From Parcubacteria group bacterium Gr01-1014_20 (GTDB taxonomy: Bacteria; Patescibacteriota; Minisyncoccia; UBA6257; 2-01-FULL-56-20): a stretch of DNA of 64,000 nt. The DNA is taken from contig VMFW01000006.1 in NCBI GenBank assembly GCA_007376265.1, positions 10,930-74,929 on the forward strand. The letters are read 5' to 3'. Both the position numbers and the translations under genes were made by a program. Below, one piece after another: positions 44,324-52,750 of this stretch (position 1 is its first letter; the number at the start of each line of letters is the position of its first letter). The notes beneath the pieces were generated by a model that had not been told where the DNA came from, did no database searches, and saw only the letters and a list, made by a program, of their open reading frames with translations.

Positions 44324-45280
44324 TTAGGGAAGGTTTTGGCGCATGAAATTTAGCAGATTGAGGCCCAAGATGTTTTGAGCCGAAGTCTCCGGGAGGAACT
44401 CTCTGATTTTTTCCGAAATGACTGTCATTCGGTCGGCTGAGTTTAGTTGGAGGGGTTGTTCTGGCCATCGGTGATTCCAGGAATCACCGTTTTTACACAG
44501 CCTGGATTTCAACTCGGCAGTCGCGGTTTGCCATTCGGATGGATCAAGGTTTTTGTACCAACCGTCGCTACCGATGCAGACTGCCCTCGACCCGGCGATT
44601 AAGAGAGAGTGTCGGATGTGATCAAAAAATGGTTCCAGGCCATTGTCGACTTCATCGAGAATGAAGGTTAGGGACGGGATGCCGATGATGCCGCCCATTC
44701 TAGCAACCGCAAAAATAATGTCGTCGGGAGCGTTTCGGAGATGCTTAAAAACACTGTAGCAACCGCTATGGCTTAACATCACACGCGGCTTCCCACTCTT
44801 TCCATCAAGAAAGTCTAGAGTGTCGCGCGCACTCCGATGACCAAGGTGGGACAGGTCAACAATCATTCCAACCCTTAAGCAATCGTCAAGGATGCGCCGG
44901 CCGGCTTTCGTAAGGGGCTTTTCGGGCTCGTTGAATCCGGAGCCGAAAATTCCATGACTATCGTAAGAAAGACAGACGATTCTTACGCCGATGTGAAAAA
45001 GAGTTTCGATTGAGGCATTATCGGGAAGATGCTGTAAGCCCAGGATGACTTGGGTTTTTCCATTCATAGAGAGATCACTCGCGCGACGAATAACTTTCAG
45101 GTTTTGAGATTCTAGTCTGGAGGCAAAGGTTCGATGTTCTTGAATGACCTCCCCCATCGAAACAAATGTCGGCGCGCACGAGGTAGCGTGAACGAGATTT
45201 AGTTTTAGATCTGGATCCGCGACCGGCGGCTTTCCTGGAAAATCCAGAAACCCGAGTGAATCGGCAAAAAAATCTGACAT
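44324..45280 (-). CDS. M19-family membrane dipeptidase-like metallohydrolase
   Basis: IVDLSHLGHRS, MLSHSGCYSV and VCIGSDGWY resemble the DxSH / SHS / IGxDFDG motifs of renal-dipeptidase-family enzymes. Confidence 0.5.
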   Translation of the reverse strand: MSDFFADSLGFLDFPGKPPVADPDLKLNLVHATSCAPTFVSMGEVIQEHRTFASRLESQNLKVIRRASDLSMNGKTQVILGLQHLPDNASIETLFHIGVRIVCLSYDSHGIFGSGFNEPEKPLTKAGRRILDDCLRVGMIVDLSHLGHRSARDTLDFLDGKSGKPRVMLSHSGCYSVFKHLRNAPDDIIFAVARMGGIIGIPSLTFILDEVDNGLEPFFDHIRHSLLIAGSRAVCIGSDGWYKNLDPSEWQTATAELKSRLCKNGDSWNHRWPEQPLQLNSADRMTVISEKIREFLPETSAQNILGLNLLNFMRQNLP

Positions 45281-45374
45281 TTACCCCTCCCCTCACTTCT
45301 GGTGAATTATTTCAAAATTTTCAGCTGTTAAAGAACAATAGCGGAGTAAATTTTATCACTAGGGGCAGTAATCG

Positions 45375-46061
45375 TCAAACTGTGGTGGCCTTCACGGCAT
45401 TTTTTCTGTAGCTACAATACTCACATTCAGCCGAAGGATCGGGGGCTTTATCCGCCTCGCTAATTTTTTTGGCGTTTAGAATAGCCGCTTCAACCCAGGA
45501 GTTGTCACCAGTATAGGCTTCAACAAAAAGATCAAAAGCTAGTGCGGCTTTCCCGAAACCAAAACCTTCCGCCTTGTTGGCTTTAGCAAAAACAAAGTAG
45601 CCAGTTTTTGAAACTTTGTGCTTATTTTGCTCTAGGAGCCACTGATAGATTTCCATTTGGCGGCCGTATGAATCGTAGATTTTATGATTTTGAGCACCAG
45701 TAGCTTTATAGTCAACCACCATCAGTTCCCCCTTTGGGTTTTGCCAAATATCATCGACGGCTCCAAAGACAAGAAGTTCGCTTGGTTTATGGTGAAATTG
45801 AATTCCGGTAAAGTTGTGACGCCAAGTATTGATTTCGGGATGATCAAAAGGTACCGCCTCTATCATATGAGTGACCATAACTGGGTGGGGAGTTTTTTGC
45901 TCACGGTGCTGATCAAATTCCTGTTTCAGTAGATAGTCTACGGCGTTATTCAGGGTGAACGGAAAACCTGGTGGTCGTTTAACCCCTTTTGCTACATCTA
46001 ACCAAAAACAGCGAGGACATTCTAGTGAAAGTTCTATTTTTGAGCGGGATATTTTTTGCAT
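45375..46061 (-). CDS. stand-alone PD-(D/E)xK nuclease with N- and C-terminal Cys pairs (Cas4/RecB-nuclease-domain-like, DUF83-type)
   Basis: CPRCFW near the N-terminus, GAVDD…ELMVVDYKATG (D…E.K core), and a C-terminal CEYCSYRKN. 228 aa. No cas genes nearby. Confidence 0.55.
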   Translation of the reverse strand: MQKISRSKIELSLECPRCFWLDVAKGVKRPPGFPFTLNNAVDYLLKQEFDQHREQKTPHPVMVTHMIEAVPFDHPEINTWRHNFTGIQFHHKPSELLVFGAVDDIWQNPKGELMVVDYKATGAQNHKIYDSYGRQMEIYQWLLEQNKHKVSKTGYFVFAKANKAEGFGFGKAALAFDLFVEAYTGDNSWVEAAILNAKKISEADKAPDPSAECEYCSYRKNAVKATTV

Positions 46062-46169
46062 AGTTAGAATTATACCCTAGAAAAAACACAAAGCGATACC
46101 ATCGCGATCGTTCTTGTCTTAGTTACCGTACTGATAATGATTTTGGGAACCTTATTTGGCCTAAAAAAA

Positions 46170-46198
46170 TTGACAAACGATTTACAGTATGATATACT
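46170..46198 (+). promoter_or_regulatory. near-consensus sigma-70 promoter TTGACA-N17-TATACT
   Basis: TTGACAaacgatttacagtatgaTATACT. The ATG at 46223 is about 19 nt downstream of the predicted TSS, preceded by GGAGGTGG. Confidence 0.5.
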
Positions 46199-46222
46199 GG
46201 CAAATAGAAGGAGGTGGTGGAA

Positions 46223-46357
46223 ATGCCAGGAGCATTTCTCTTTGGACACGAAAAGGACGGCTCGTCGAAGATTGTGGCCGTTGTGACGCCGGGAGGTAGT
46301 TATCCTTGGATAAAGCGTTTCCCGGAAAAGAAAAAAGTGTCAAAATTAAAGAAGTAG
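46223..46357 (+). CDS. 44-aa small protein with its own promoter, RBS and terminator
   Basis: Translation: MPGAFLFGHEKDGSSKIVAVVTPGGSYPWIKRFPEKKKVSKLKK. Below the ORF-track cutoff. All three expression signals are present. Confidence 0.45.
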   Translation: MPGAFLFGHEKDGSSKIVAVVTPGGSYPWIKRFPEKKKVSKLKK

Positions 46358-46362
46358 CTCAA

Positions 46363-46392
46363 ATAAGCTCATCGGACGAGCTTATTTTTTTA
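46363..46392. terminator. bidirectional intrinsic terminator (ATAAGCTC-atcggac-GAGCTTAT followed by TTTTTT)
   Basis: 8-bp stem. The stop codon of the convergent ROK-kinase gene lies in the right arm. Confidence 0.55.
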
Positions 46393-47203
46393 GGTTTTTT
46401 AGATAAGCCAGTCCCCCATAAAGACCACCGAAATCGCCTAAGGAGGCTTTTCTGATTAAGGGTAGGACTGGGAACGCGGTGTGAATTTTCTTCAGATAGA
46501 ACTCGACACGTGGAACGGAGATGCCGACTTTCTTCATCATGGAGCCTCCTAAGACAACCACGTCTGGCGACCAATGAACGATGGTGTTGTTGACTCCGTA
46601 AGCCAAAAGTTCAGCTAATTTCTCCCAAAATTTAGAATCGGTTATTTCGTACGGTTTCTTACCGAACTGTTTTTCAATTGCTCGGCCGGATACCAAGTTT
46701 TCAAGGTCAAGCGGTTTACGATTTTTACAGTCGATGATTTGTTTGCCGGGTTCGAAACCTAAGGAATTTTCGTCAATTCCGCCATTTATGATTCTGGCTC
46801 CACCGACGCCGGTGCCGGTTGTGATGTAAGCGACAATCTTTTTGCCCTTGCCAGCGCCAAAAGTGGCCTCACCCAGACCGGCCATAGCCGAATCATTTTC
46901 AAGATAGATTTCAGCATCAATAAATTTAGAGAGTTCCTTCATAAGCGGCATATTGTTCCAACCAGGAAGATTGGCCGCATTGGCGATCTGAGTTCTGTCC
47001 CTGTTAAATGGCCCTGGAACACCTCCGGCGGCGGCTTTGATTTTTTTACCCTCGGTTAGTTCGGAGACCATGCGACCGAATTGATGAATTCCATCACCAA
47101 AATTCTGAGGAGTTGGTTCAACCCGGAGTTCCGCGATGTCTTTTCCGTCTTTGGAGACGGCAACACGCATTTTAGTGCCGCCCATGTCGAACAAGAGGTA
47201 CAT
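46382..47203 (-). CDS. ROK-family sugar kinase (glucokinase-like)
   Basis: MYLLFDMGGTKMRVAV (the ROK N-terminal ATP-binding motif) and a Gly-rich sugar-kinase core. 273 aa. Confidence 0.75.
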   Translation of the reverse strand: MYLLFDMGGTKMRVAVSKDGKDIAELRVEPTPQNFGDGIHQFGRMVSELTEGKKIKAAAGGVPGPFNRDRTQIANAANLPGWNNMPLMKELSKFIDAEIYLENDSAMAGLGEATFGAGKGKKIVAYITTGTGVGGARIINGGIDENSLGFEPGKQIIDCKNRKPLDLENLVSGRAIEKQFGKKPYEITDSKFWEKLAELLAYGVNNTIVHWSPDVVVLGGSMMKKVGISVPRVEFYLKKIHTAFPVLPLIRKASLGDFGGLYGGLAYLKNLKK

Positions 47204-47224
47204 GTGAGTATTATAGCATTAGTT

Positions 47225-48187
47225 TTACTTTATGAGTCGTTTGAATTCCTCTACCATCGGGACTTCGGTACTTTCAGTGCCGTAATACTTAGCCGCATTT
47301 ATCGCTGCCCAGTCGGCGGTTATTAAGTTTTGGAAAATTTTATGCCAGACAGTCACGTTTTGTAGTTCAACGATCTCGCTTAAAAATCCCCTCTTTCGGT
47401 AGAGGTTTTTAGTAATGAGCATTCTTTTTTGCGTTTTGGGATCGTCTTCGGGATCTTTTATGAAAATAAAGTGAAATTTATGGCTTAAAATTCGAGTAGT
47501 TTTGATCACGTCGAAGCCAGTCATTTCATTATGGTTCAACTCTGGAAATACGTTACAGAAGGCTGGAATTTTACCGGTTTCGTTGAATTTTATTTTCCAG
47601 TTGTACGCGATGGCAAAGTTATTAGTTGAGGCGTAAATGATGGGAATTTTATCCCAGAGTTTTTCGGCTATACTTCGCCCAAGTTTCTCGGCTTTTGCGG
47701 TATCGAGGGTCCTAGCTAGCTTCGAGGCCTTTTTTATTTCTCTCTCTTCGCCGATTAGTTTCAGTAGTGCGAGCAAGTTGAAGCCGAGAGAAATTCGTGG
47801 TTGAATTTCCGATTCGCTAATTCTTACGTAAGGAATCTTATATTTTTTTGCTAAGCCTAGAAGTTTTCCTCCCGCGGTTATGACTGCCAGAGAGTTCCCC
47901 TGCTTTCTGGCTTTCTCAAAAGAACTTACGGTTTCGGCAGTGTTACCCGAGTAAGAGCTGGCGATAACGAGAATATCTTTAGTAATATTCTGGGGCAGAT
48001 CATACGATTTGAACGTCGATAGGTTAAGGTCTGGTCGGCCACACTTTAGAATTTCAGCCGCCAAGGCTGACCCCCCCATTCCCGAGACCAGAATTTTGCT
48101 GGCCCGGACCAACTTTTTAGAGTTTTCTATTTTCGGTTTAAAAGAAAACTGACTCGGAAATTTTTTTACTGAAATCTCGATATTCAT
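47225..48187 (-). CDS. bifunctional phosphoglucose/phosphomannose isomerase (SIS-domain, archaeal-type PGI/PMI)
   Basis: ILVSGMGGSALAAEIL…VIASSYSGNTAETV SIS motifs. About 320 aa, typical of this family. Confidence 0.7.
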   Translation of the reverse strand: MNIEISVKKFPSQFSFKPKIENSKKLVRASKILVSGMGGSALAAEILKCGRPDLNLSTFKSYDLPQNITKDILVIASSYSGNTAETVSSFEKARKQGNSLAVITAGGKLLGLAKKYKIPYVRISESEIQPRISLGFNLLALLKLIGEEREIKKASKLARTLDTAKAEKLGRSIAEKLWDKIPIIYASTNNFAIAYNWKIKFNETGKIPAFCNVFPELNHNEMTGFDVIKTTRILSHKFHFIFIKDPEDDPKTQKRMLITKNLYRKRGFLSEIVELQNVTVWHKIFQNLITADWAAINAAKYYGTESTEVPMVEEFKRLIK

Positions 48188-49104
48188 TTTTTTAAGCTGT
48201 GACCACCAAATTGGTTTCTTAAGGCGGAGAGGACTTGACCTGTGTAGCTGGGTTTATTTTTTGAACGCAGTCTAAATTTTAAGGATTCTTCGATAATTGG
48301 CACCGAAATCTTTAGTTTTTTGGCAGTTTGAACAGTCCAGAGGCCTTCTCCGCTTTGTGAGACCGACCCTGAGAGTGATTTTAGCCCGACGCCATGTTCT
48401 TTAAAGGCTTTTTCTAGCCAACCAACAAGGTGCGATTCGATGACGCTTCCCCGGTTATAGACTCGTGCAACTTCTTTTAAGTCTAGATTAAATTTGGACT
48501 TTCTCATAACGGCAAAACCTTCGCCCAAACTTTGCATCATGCCATATTCAATTCCATTATGAATCATCTTAGTGAAGTGTCCCGCCCCGGAGGAACCGAG
48601 ATAGGCGTAACCGTTTTTGGCTGCTAGATCCTTAAAGAGAAATTCACATTTTTTAAAAACGTTTCTTTTTCCACCAACCATAAGCGAGGCACCATTTTTA
48701 GCGCCGCTCGGGCCACCGCTCACGCCAACATCAAGAAAATTAATACCCCTTTTTTTGAAAGCTCTGGCGCGTTCTTCGGATTTCCAGTAAGGAGAGTTGC
48801 CTCCGTCAATTACTGTGTCCCCTTTTCTTAAAAATGGTTGTAGTTCTTTGATAACCGAAGCAACCACTTTATGTGGAACCATAAGCCAGAACAGACGGGG
48901 CGGTTTGGTTTTCTCGGCCAGTTTTTGAAGTGAGGAAGCTGGGTCGCCACCTAATTTTTGAATTTTTTTCGTTGCGTGTTTGCTGATGTCATAGACCGAA
49001 ACCCGATATTTTTTTCCCAAAAGCCTAGCGACCATATTGAAACCCATTTTACCAAGACCGATGTAGGCGATGTTTTTGTGCTTAGAAGTCATAATACGTT
49101 GCAA
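48184..49104 (-). CDS. gnd: 6-phosphogluconate dehydrogenase (decarboxylating), short NAD(P)-binding form
   Basis: IAYIGLGKMGFNMVARLL Rossmann motif and a C-terminal 6PGD domain. 4-bp overlap with the upstream gene. Confidence 0.75.
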   Translation of the reverse strand: MQRIMTSKHKNIAYIGLGKMGFNMVARLLGKKYRVSVYDISKHATKKIQKLGGDPASSLQKLAEKTKPPRLFWLMVPHKVVASVIKELQPFLRKGDTVIDGGNSPYWKSEERARAFKKRGINFLDVGVSGGPSGAKNGASLMVGGKRNVFKKCEFLFKDLAAKNGYAYLGSSGAGHFTKMIHNGIEYGMMQSLGEGFAVMRKSKFNLDLKEVARVYNRGSVIESHLVGWLEKAFKEHGVGLKSLSGSVSQSGEGLWTVQTAKKLKISVPIIEESLKFRLRSKNKPSYTGQVLSALRNQFGGHSLKK

Positions 49105-49111
49105 AGACGGG

Positions 49112-50539
49112 CTAAATTGGAAGGTTTACTTTTGGACCGGCGGATCCTTTTTTGTAAGTATGGAGTTTGCTCCGATGCCAGGATTCCAGGATCGGGGTTA
49201 TGAATTCCCAAGAGGCGCGAACTTCTTCAGTCGAGGCGAAGAGAGTTTGGTCACCGCGAATACAGTCATAGAGGATTCTTTCGTAGGCATCTGGGATTTT
49301 GTCCTTTATTTTAGAGTGTCCGTAAGAGAAGGAAAGAATCTGAGGTTTTAGATTAAATGAAAAACCTGGTTCTTTGGCCCAAAACTTTACAGTTATCCCC
49401 TCCTTTGGTTGAATGTTAAATTTTAAAATGTTTTGATGTTTTTCGTCGGAATTGGGCGGGCAGAGACAGGTTTTAGTTTTTTTAAAATAAACAGCTATTT
49501 CCGCCAAACTCTCCTTTAGCGCTTTACCGGATTCAAGGATGAAGGGGACGTTTTTCCATCGACTATTTTCAACAAAAAGTTTTATCAAAAAATAGGTTTC
49601 AACTCTTGAGTGGGGAGAAACCCCTTTTTCTTTACGAAAACCCTGGTACTGTCCTCTTGCGGTGTAGAGGTCGACGTCTTTTCCGCGAATGGGTTTAATA
49701 GCCTTCAGGATTTTGGTTCGCTCATTGCGCAGGCTGGAGGAGGAGAGACTCTCGGGATTCTCAATGGTAATGGCCGCTAACATCTGAAGAAGATGATTTT
49801 GACCAACGTCGCGCAAGGCCCCGATTTCTTCATAGAACTCGCCGCGTTTCGAGGCGTCATTTTTTTCAAGGAATTTAAGCTCAACTTTTTCGATAGATTG
49901 TGCGTTCCAGATTGGCTCAAAAAGAACGTTGGAAAATCTAAAGGTAAGAATATTTTGAATAGTTTCTTTGGCGAGATAATGGTCAATGCGAAAAATTTGA
50001 GTTTCATCAAAAAGCCTCCCCAGGATTTTTTCTAATTTGGAGGCATTTTTCAAATCGTTCCCAAAAGGTTTTTCAACTAAAATGCGGGTCCACCCCCCCT
50101 CCCCGGCGCAAGGTATCGTGAGTCCGGTTTTAGCGAGCTTTTTAAAAATTTTTTCGTAATGGGCGGGAGGAACGGCTAGGTAAAATAACTTGTTGGAACA
50201 CTCCCCAAACTCTTCGTCGAATTTGAGGAATTTTTCACCGACGGCGCTATAACTCTTGGTTTGGTCGAAGTAACCTGATAGATAACTTAGGGTTCTTAGA
50301 AACTCAGTGAGGTCCTCTTCCTTGGCTCCCGGCCTTTTAACCCGAATCGCTTCCTTGGTGAAATTTTTGAATTCCTCATCAGTTAATTCTCGCCTAGAGA
50401 GTCCTAATATTTTGAGTTTGGGTGGGGTAAGGTTTTTTAAATAGAGATCAAAAATAGCGGGAAGAAGTTTCTTCTCGCTTAAATCGCCGGTTGCTCCGAA
50501 AATGATTAAACTCGTTGGGATACGAGTTGCCTTTTCCAT
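49112..50539 (-). CDS. zwf: glucose-6-phosphate 1-dehydrogenase
   Basis: LIIFGATGDLSEKKLLPAIFDLY, RIDHYLAKE and EKPFGND are Zwf signatures. 475 aa. Confidence 0.9.
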   Translation of the reverse strand: MEKATRIPTSLIIFGATGDLSEKKLLPAIFDLYLKNLTPPKLKILGLSRRELTDEEFKNFTKEAIRVKRPGAKEEDLTEFLRTLSYLSGYFDQTKSYSAVGEKFLKFDEEFGECSNKLFYLAVPPAHYEKIFKKLAKTGLTIPCAGEGGWTRILVEKPFGNDLKNASKLEKILGRLFDETQIFRIDHYLAKETIQNILTFRFSNVLFEPIWNAQSIEKVELKFLEKNDASKRGEFYEEIGALRDVGQNHLLQMLAAITIENPESLSSSSLRNERTKILKAIKPIRGKDVDLYTARGQYQGFRKEKGVSPHSRVETYFLIKLFVENSRWKNVPFILESGKALKESLAEIAVYFKKTKTCLCPPNSDEKHQNILKFNIQPKEGITVKFWAKEPGFSFNLKPQILSFSYGHSKIKDKIPDAYERILYDCIRGDQTLFASTEEVRASWEFITPILESWHRSKLHTYKKGSAGPKVNLPI

Positions 50540-50548
50540 TCGGTATTT

Positions 50549-50785
50549 TTACTTTACGCCAGAAAGCTCAGTGAGGGCGGACTTATCGAAACCGACCACT
50601 ATTTGACCCCCGATGTCGATCACCGGAACGCCAAGTTGGCCTGATTTTTCGACCATAGTTTTTCTAGCTTCGAGGTCGCTTGCGACATCTTTTTCTTCGT
50701 AAGCTAGGCTGTGCTCTTTAAAAAAAGCCTTGGCCATTTTGCAGTAAACGCAGGTGGGGGTGGTGTAGATAATAATTTTTGGCAT
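50549..50785 (-). CDS. glutaredoxin/NrdH-like thiol-disulfide oxidoreductase
   Basis: 78 aa. The CVYC active site near the N-terminus and …GVPVIDIGGQ… indicate a thioredoxin fold. Confidence 0.7.
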   Translation of the reverse strand: MPKIIIYTTPTCVYCKMAKAFFKEHSLAYEEKDVASDLEARKTMVEKSGQLGVPVIDIGGQIVVGFDKSALTELSGVK

Positions 50786-50826
50786 AAGGATTTAATTTGT
50801 TTTGTTAGTTTTTCCCCCGGTACTAA

Positions 50827-51084
50827 TTAGGACTCAAGACTAGACTTTATTCGTCTCTTCAAACCACCCAAAGTTCTGCCCCACGTCTTTAACATTTTCT
50901 CTCGTTTTTCAGCATCCAAGTGCGATCTATAGGCTTCGTAATAAACTAGATCTAGTGGGGTCCTGTAGCTTGTTGATTTTGTCTCACCTGAATTATGTTC
51001 TTTCAGTCTTCGATTTAAATCAGCGGTAAAGCCAATATAAATACTCCCCTCTTTCTGACTCTTAAGTATATACACATAGAACAT
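50827..51084 (-). CDS. GIY-YIG nuclease-family small protein (UPF0213-like)
   Basis: MFYVYILKSQKEGSIYIGFTADLNRRLKEHN is the canonical GIY-YIG block. 85 aa. Confidence 0.7.
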   Translation of the reverse strand: MFYVYILKSQKEGSIYIGFTADLNRRLKEHNSGETKSTSYRTPLDLVYYEAYRSHLDAEKREKMLKTWGRTLGGLKRRIKSSLES

Positions 51085-51118
51085 AATTCAAAGGCCTAAT
51101 TAGTTCCGGGGTTCGACC

Positions 51119-52231
51119 TTACTTGAGTCTTTTATTTGCAATTTCGACGGCAATTTCTCTTGGGTTTCGATTTTTCATTAAGGCTTCCTTCAGGATGAGG
51201 GTGGTATTCTTGGATATCTTTTCCCGCACTAACTGAAACATCTTATTTTGGTTGAACCCTTTGTATTCGGCATAGGACGATATGACTCCTCCTGAATTAG
51301 CAATAATATCTGGAACAATTATCACCTTCCTGCGCCAGAGAATTCTTTCATAGCTTTCGGGAATTGGAATATTAGCTCCTTCCACAATTATTTTGGCTCT
51401 AACCTTGCGGTGATTGCTTTTGTTAATTACGTCTGGGCCGGCCGCAGGAATCAAGATGTCGACCGGTAATTCATAGAGTTTCTCGGGAGCGATAATCTTG
51501 CCGCTACCTAAACCAACCACAGACTTCCCATCGCCTTTAATCTTAGCAAGTCTGTCAATAGAGAGGCCACTTTCGTTTGATACAGCACCCTTTGAGTCCG
51601 AAACAGCCACGATTTTTGCTCCCATTTTTGCGAGATGCTTAGCCGCAAAAATACCAACATTTCCGAATCCGGCGATGGCCACCGTAGCATTTTTTAGGTC
51701 GAGTTTGGCTAGTTTTGTAGCTACTTTGGCGGCTTCGGCCACACCAAAACCAGTGCTACCAAGCTCGTGTGGGAGCCCACATTTTTTTACACCGTTTACG
51801 AGCCGGCAGTAGTTAGTTGGCTTGCCGGTCGACGAATCCCAAATTTTTGTGGTTTGAGCAATCCATTGCATCTCTTGTTCTGTCGTGTTGATGTCCGGGC
51901 CGGCAATGTAAAATCTTGGAACAAAAGGGAGGAGGTATTTGGCAAAACTCTCGATTATTTTTCGTTTAGCGACTTTGGATATTTGTTTTGGGTTGATCGC
52001 AATGCCGGCTTTAGCGCCACCAAAAGGGAGGTCAGCGAGCGCATTTTTTAAGGTCATGGCACGAGCCAGTCTTTTAACTTCCGTCATGGAAACCCCCGCG
52101 GTCATTCGGATACCGCCCTTACCTAGCCCGAGCTTCAAACTATCAATTACGAGAAAAGCTTTATACTTTAAGTCCGGATCAAAGAATTCAACTGAATACT
52201 CCGGGTTTTCTGATAAATTAGTTACTTCCAT
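51119..52231 (-). CDS. gdh: Glu/Leu/Phe/Val-family amino-acid dehydrogenase (glutamate dehydrogenase-like)
   Basis: LGLGKGGIRMTAGVS and …PFGGAKAGI… substrate-domain motifs, and a Rossmann IAGFGNVGIFAAKHL. 370 aa. Confidence 0.8.
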   Translation of the reverse strand: MEVTNLSENPEYSVEFFDPDLKYKAFLVIDSLKLGLGKGGIRMTAGVSMTEVKRLARAMTLKNALADLPFGGAKAGIAINPKQISKVAKRKIIESFAKYLLPFVPRFYIAGPDINTTEQEMQWIAQTTKIWDSSTGKPTNYCRLVNGVKKCGLPHELGSTGFGVAEAAKVATKLAKLDLKNATVAIAGFGNVGIFAAKHLAKMGAKIVAVSDSKGAVSNESGLSIDRLAKIKGDGKSVVGLGSGKIIAPEKLYELPVDILIPAAGPDVINKSNHRKVRAKIIVEGANIPIPESYERILWRRKVIIVPDIIANSGGVISSYAEYKGFNQNKMFQLVREKISKNTTLILKEALMKNRNPREIAVEIANKRLK

Positions 52232-52236
52232 GATAT

Positions 52237-52743
52237 TTAAAGAGTGGCGCCGAGAACCTTACCCACAGTGATTCCAACGGCGATAGCGATTCCCCCGACT
52301 AAAAGCATTCTCATCGCTACCCGAAAAGAGTTCACGTTCGCCATTTTAGCACTAATCAGGCTAAGTAGAAAAAGTGCGAAGAGCGAGGCGATGATCGAAA
52401 CGATAAATCCAAGTGATGTTTCAAAAATTAGGTACGGCAATAAAGGAATGAAGCCGGAGAGAAAATAAGAGAGAAACATGGCGAGACTACCCCTTAGGGA
52501 TCGTCTATTGACCCCGGATTTTTCACGGAGGTAATCCTCAACCGAGTGTTCGGTTAAAAAACTTCCAGCGGCCATGGAAAAAGCCTCCACAAAAATCAAA
52601 ACAGTCCCAGTCAGAAGAATAGTGGCTCGGGGAGTGTTTACGGCGGCAATGCCGGAGAGCAAACCCACGGTCGAGACGAGGCTATCCTCAACCCCAAAGA
52701 CAAAGTTTCTCAAATAAATCGTTTTCTGCTCCGATTTTTCCAT
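52237..52743 (-). CDS. VIT1/CCC1-family (vacuolar iron transporter-like) membrane protein
   Basis: NFVFGVEDSLVSTVGLLSGIAAVN, a VIT-family N-terminal motif, and 4-5 TM helices. 168 aa. Confidence 0.65.
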   Translation of the reverse strand: MEKSEQKTIYLRNFVFGVEDSLVSTVGLLSGIAAVNTPRATILLTGTVLIFVEAFSMAAGSFLTEHSVEDYLREKSGVNRRSLRGSLAMFLSYFLSGFIPLLPYLIFETSLGFIVSIIASLFALFLLSLISAKMANVNSFRVAMRMLLVGGIAIAVGITVGKVLGATL

Positions 52744-52750
52744 GACTTAA

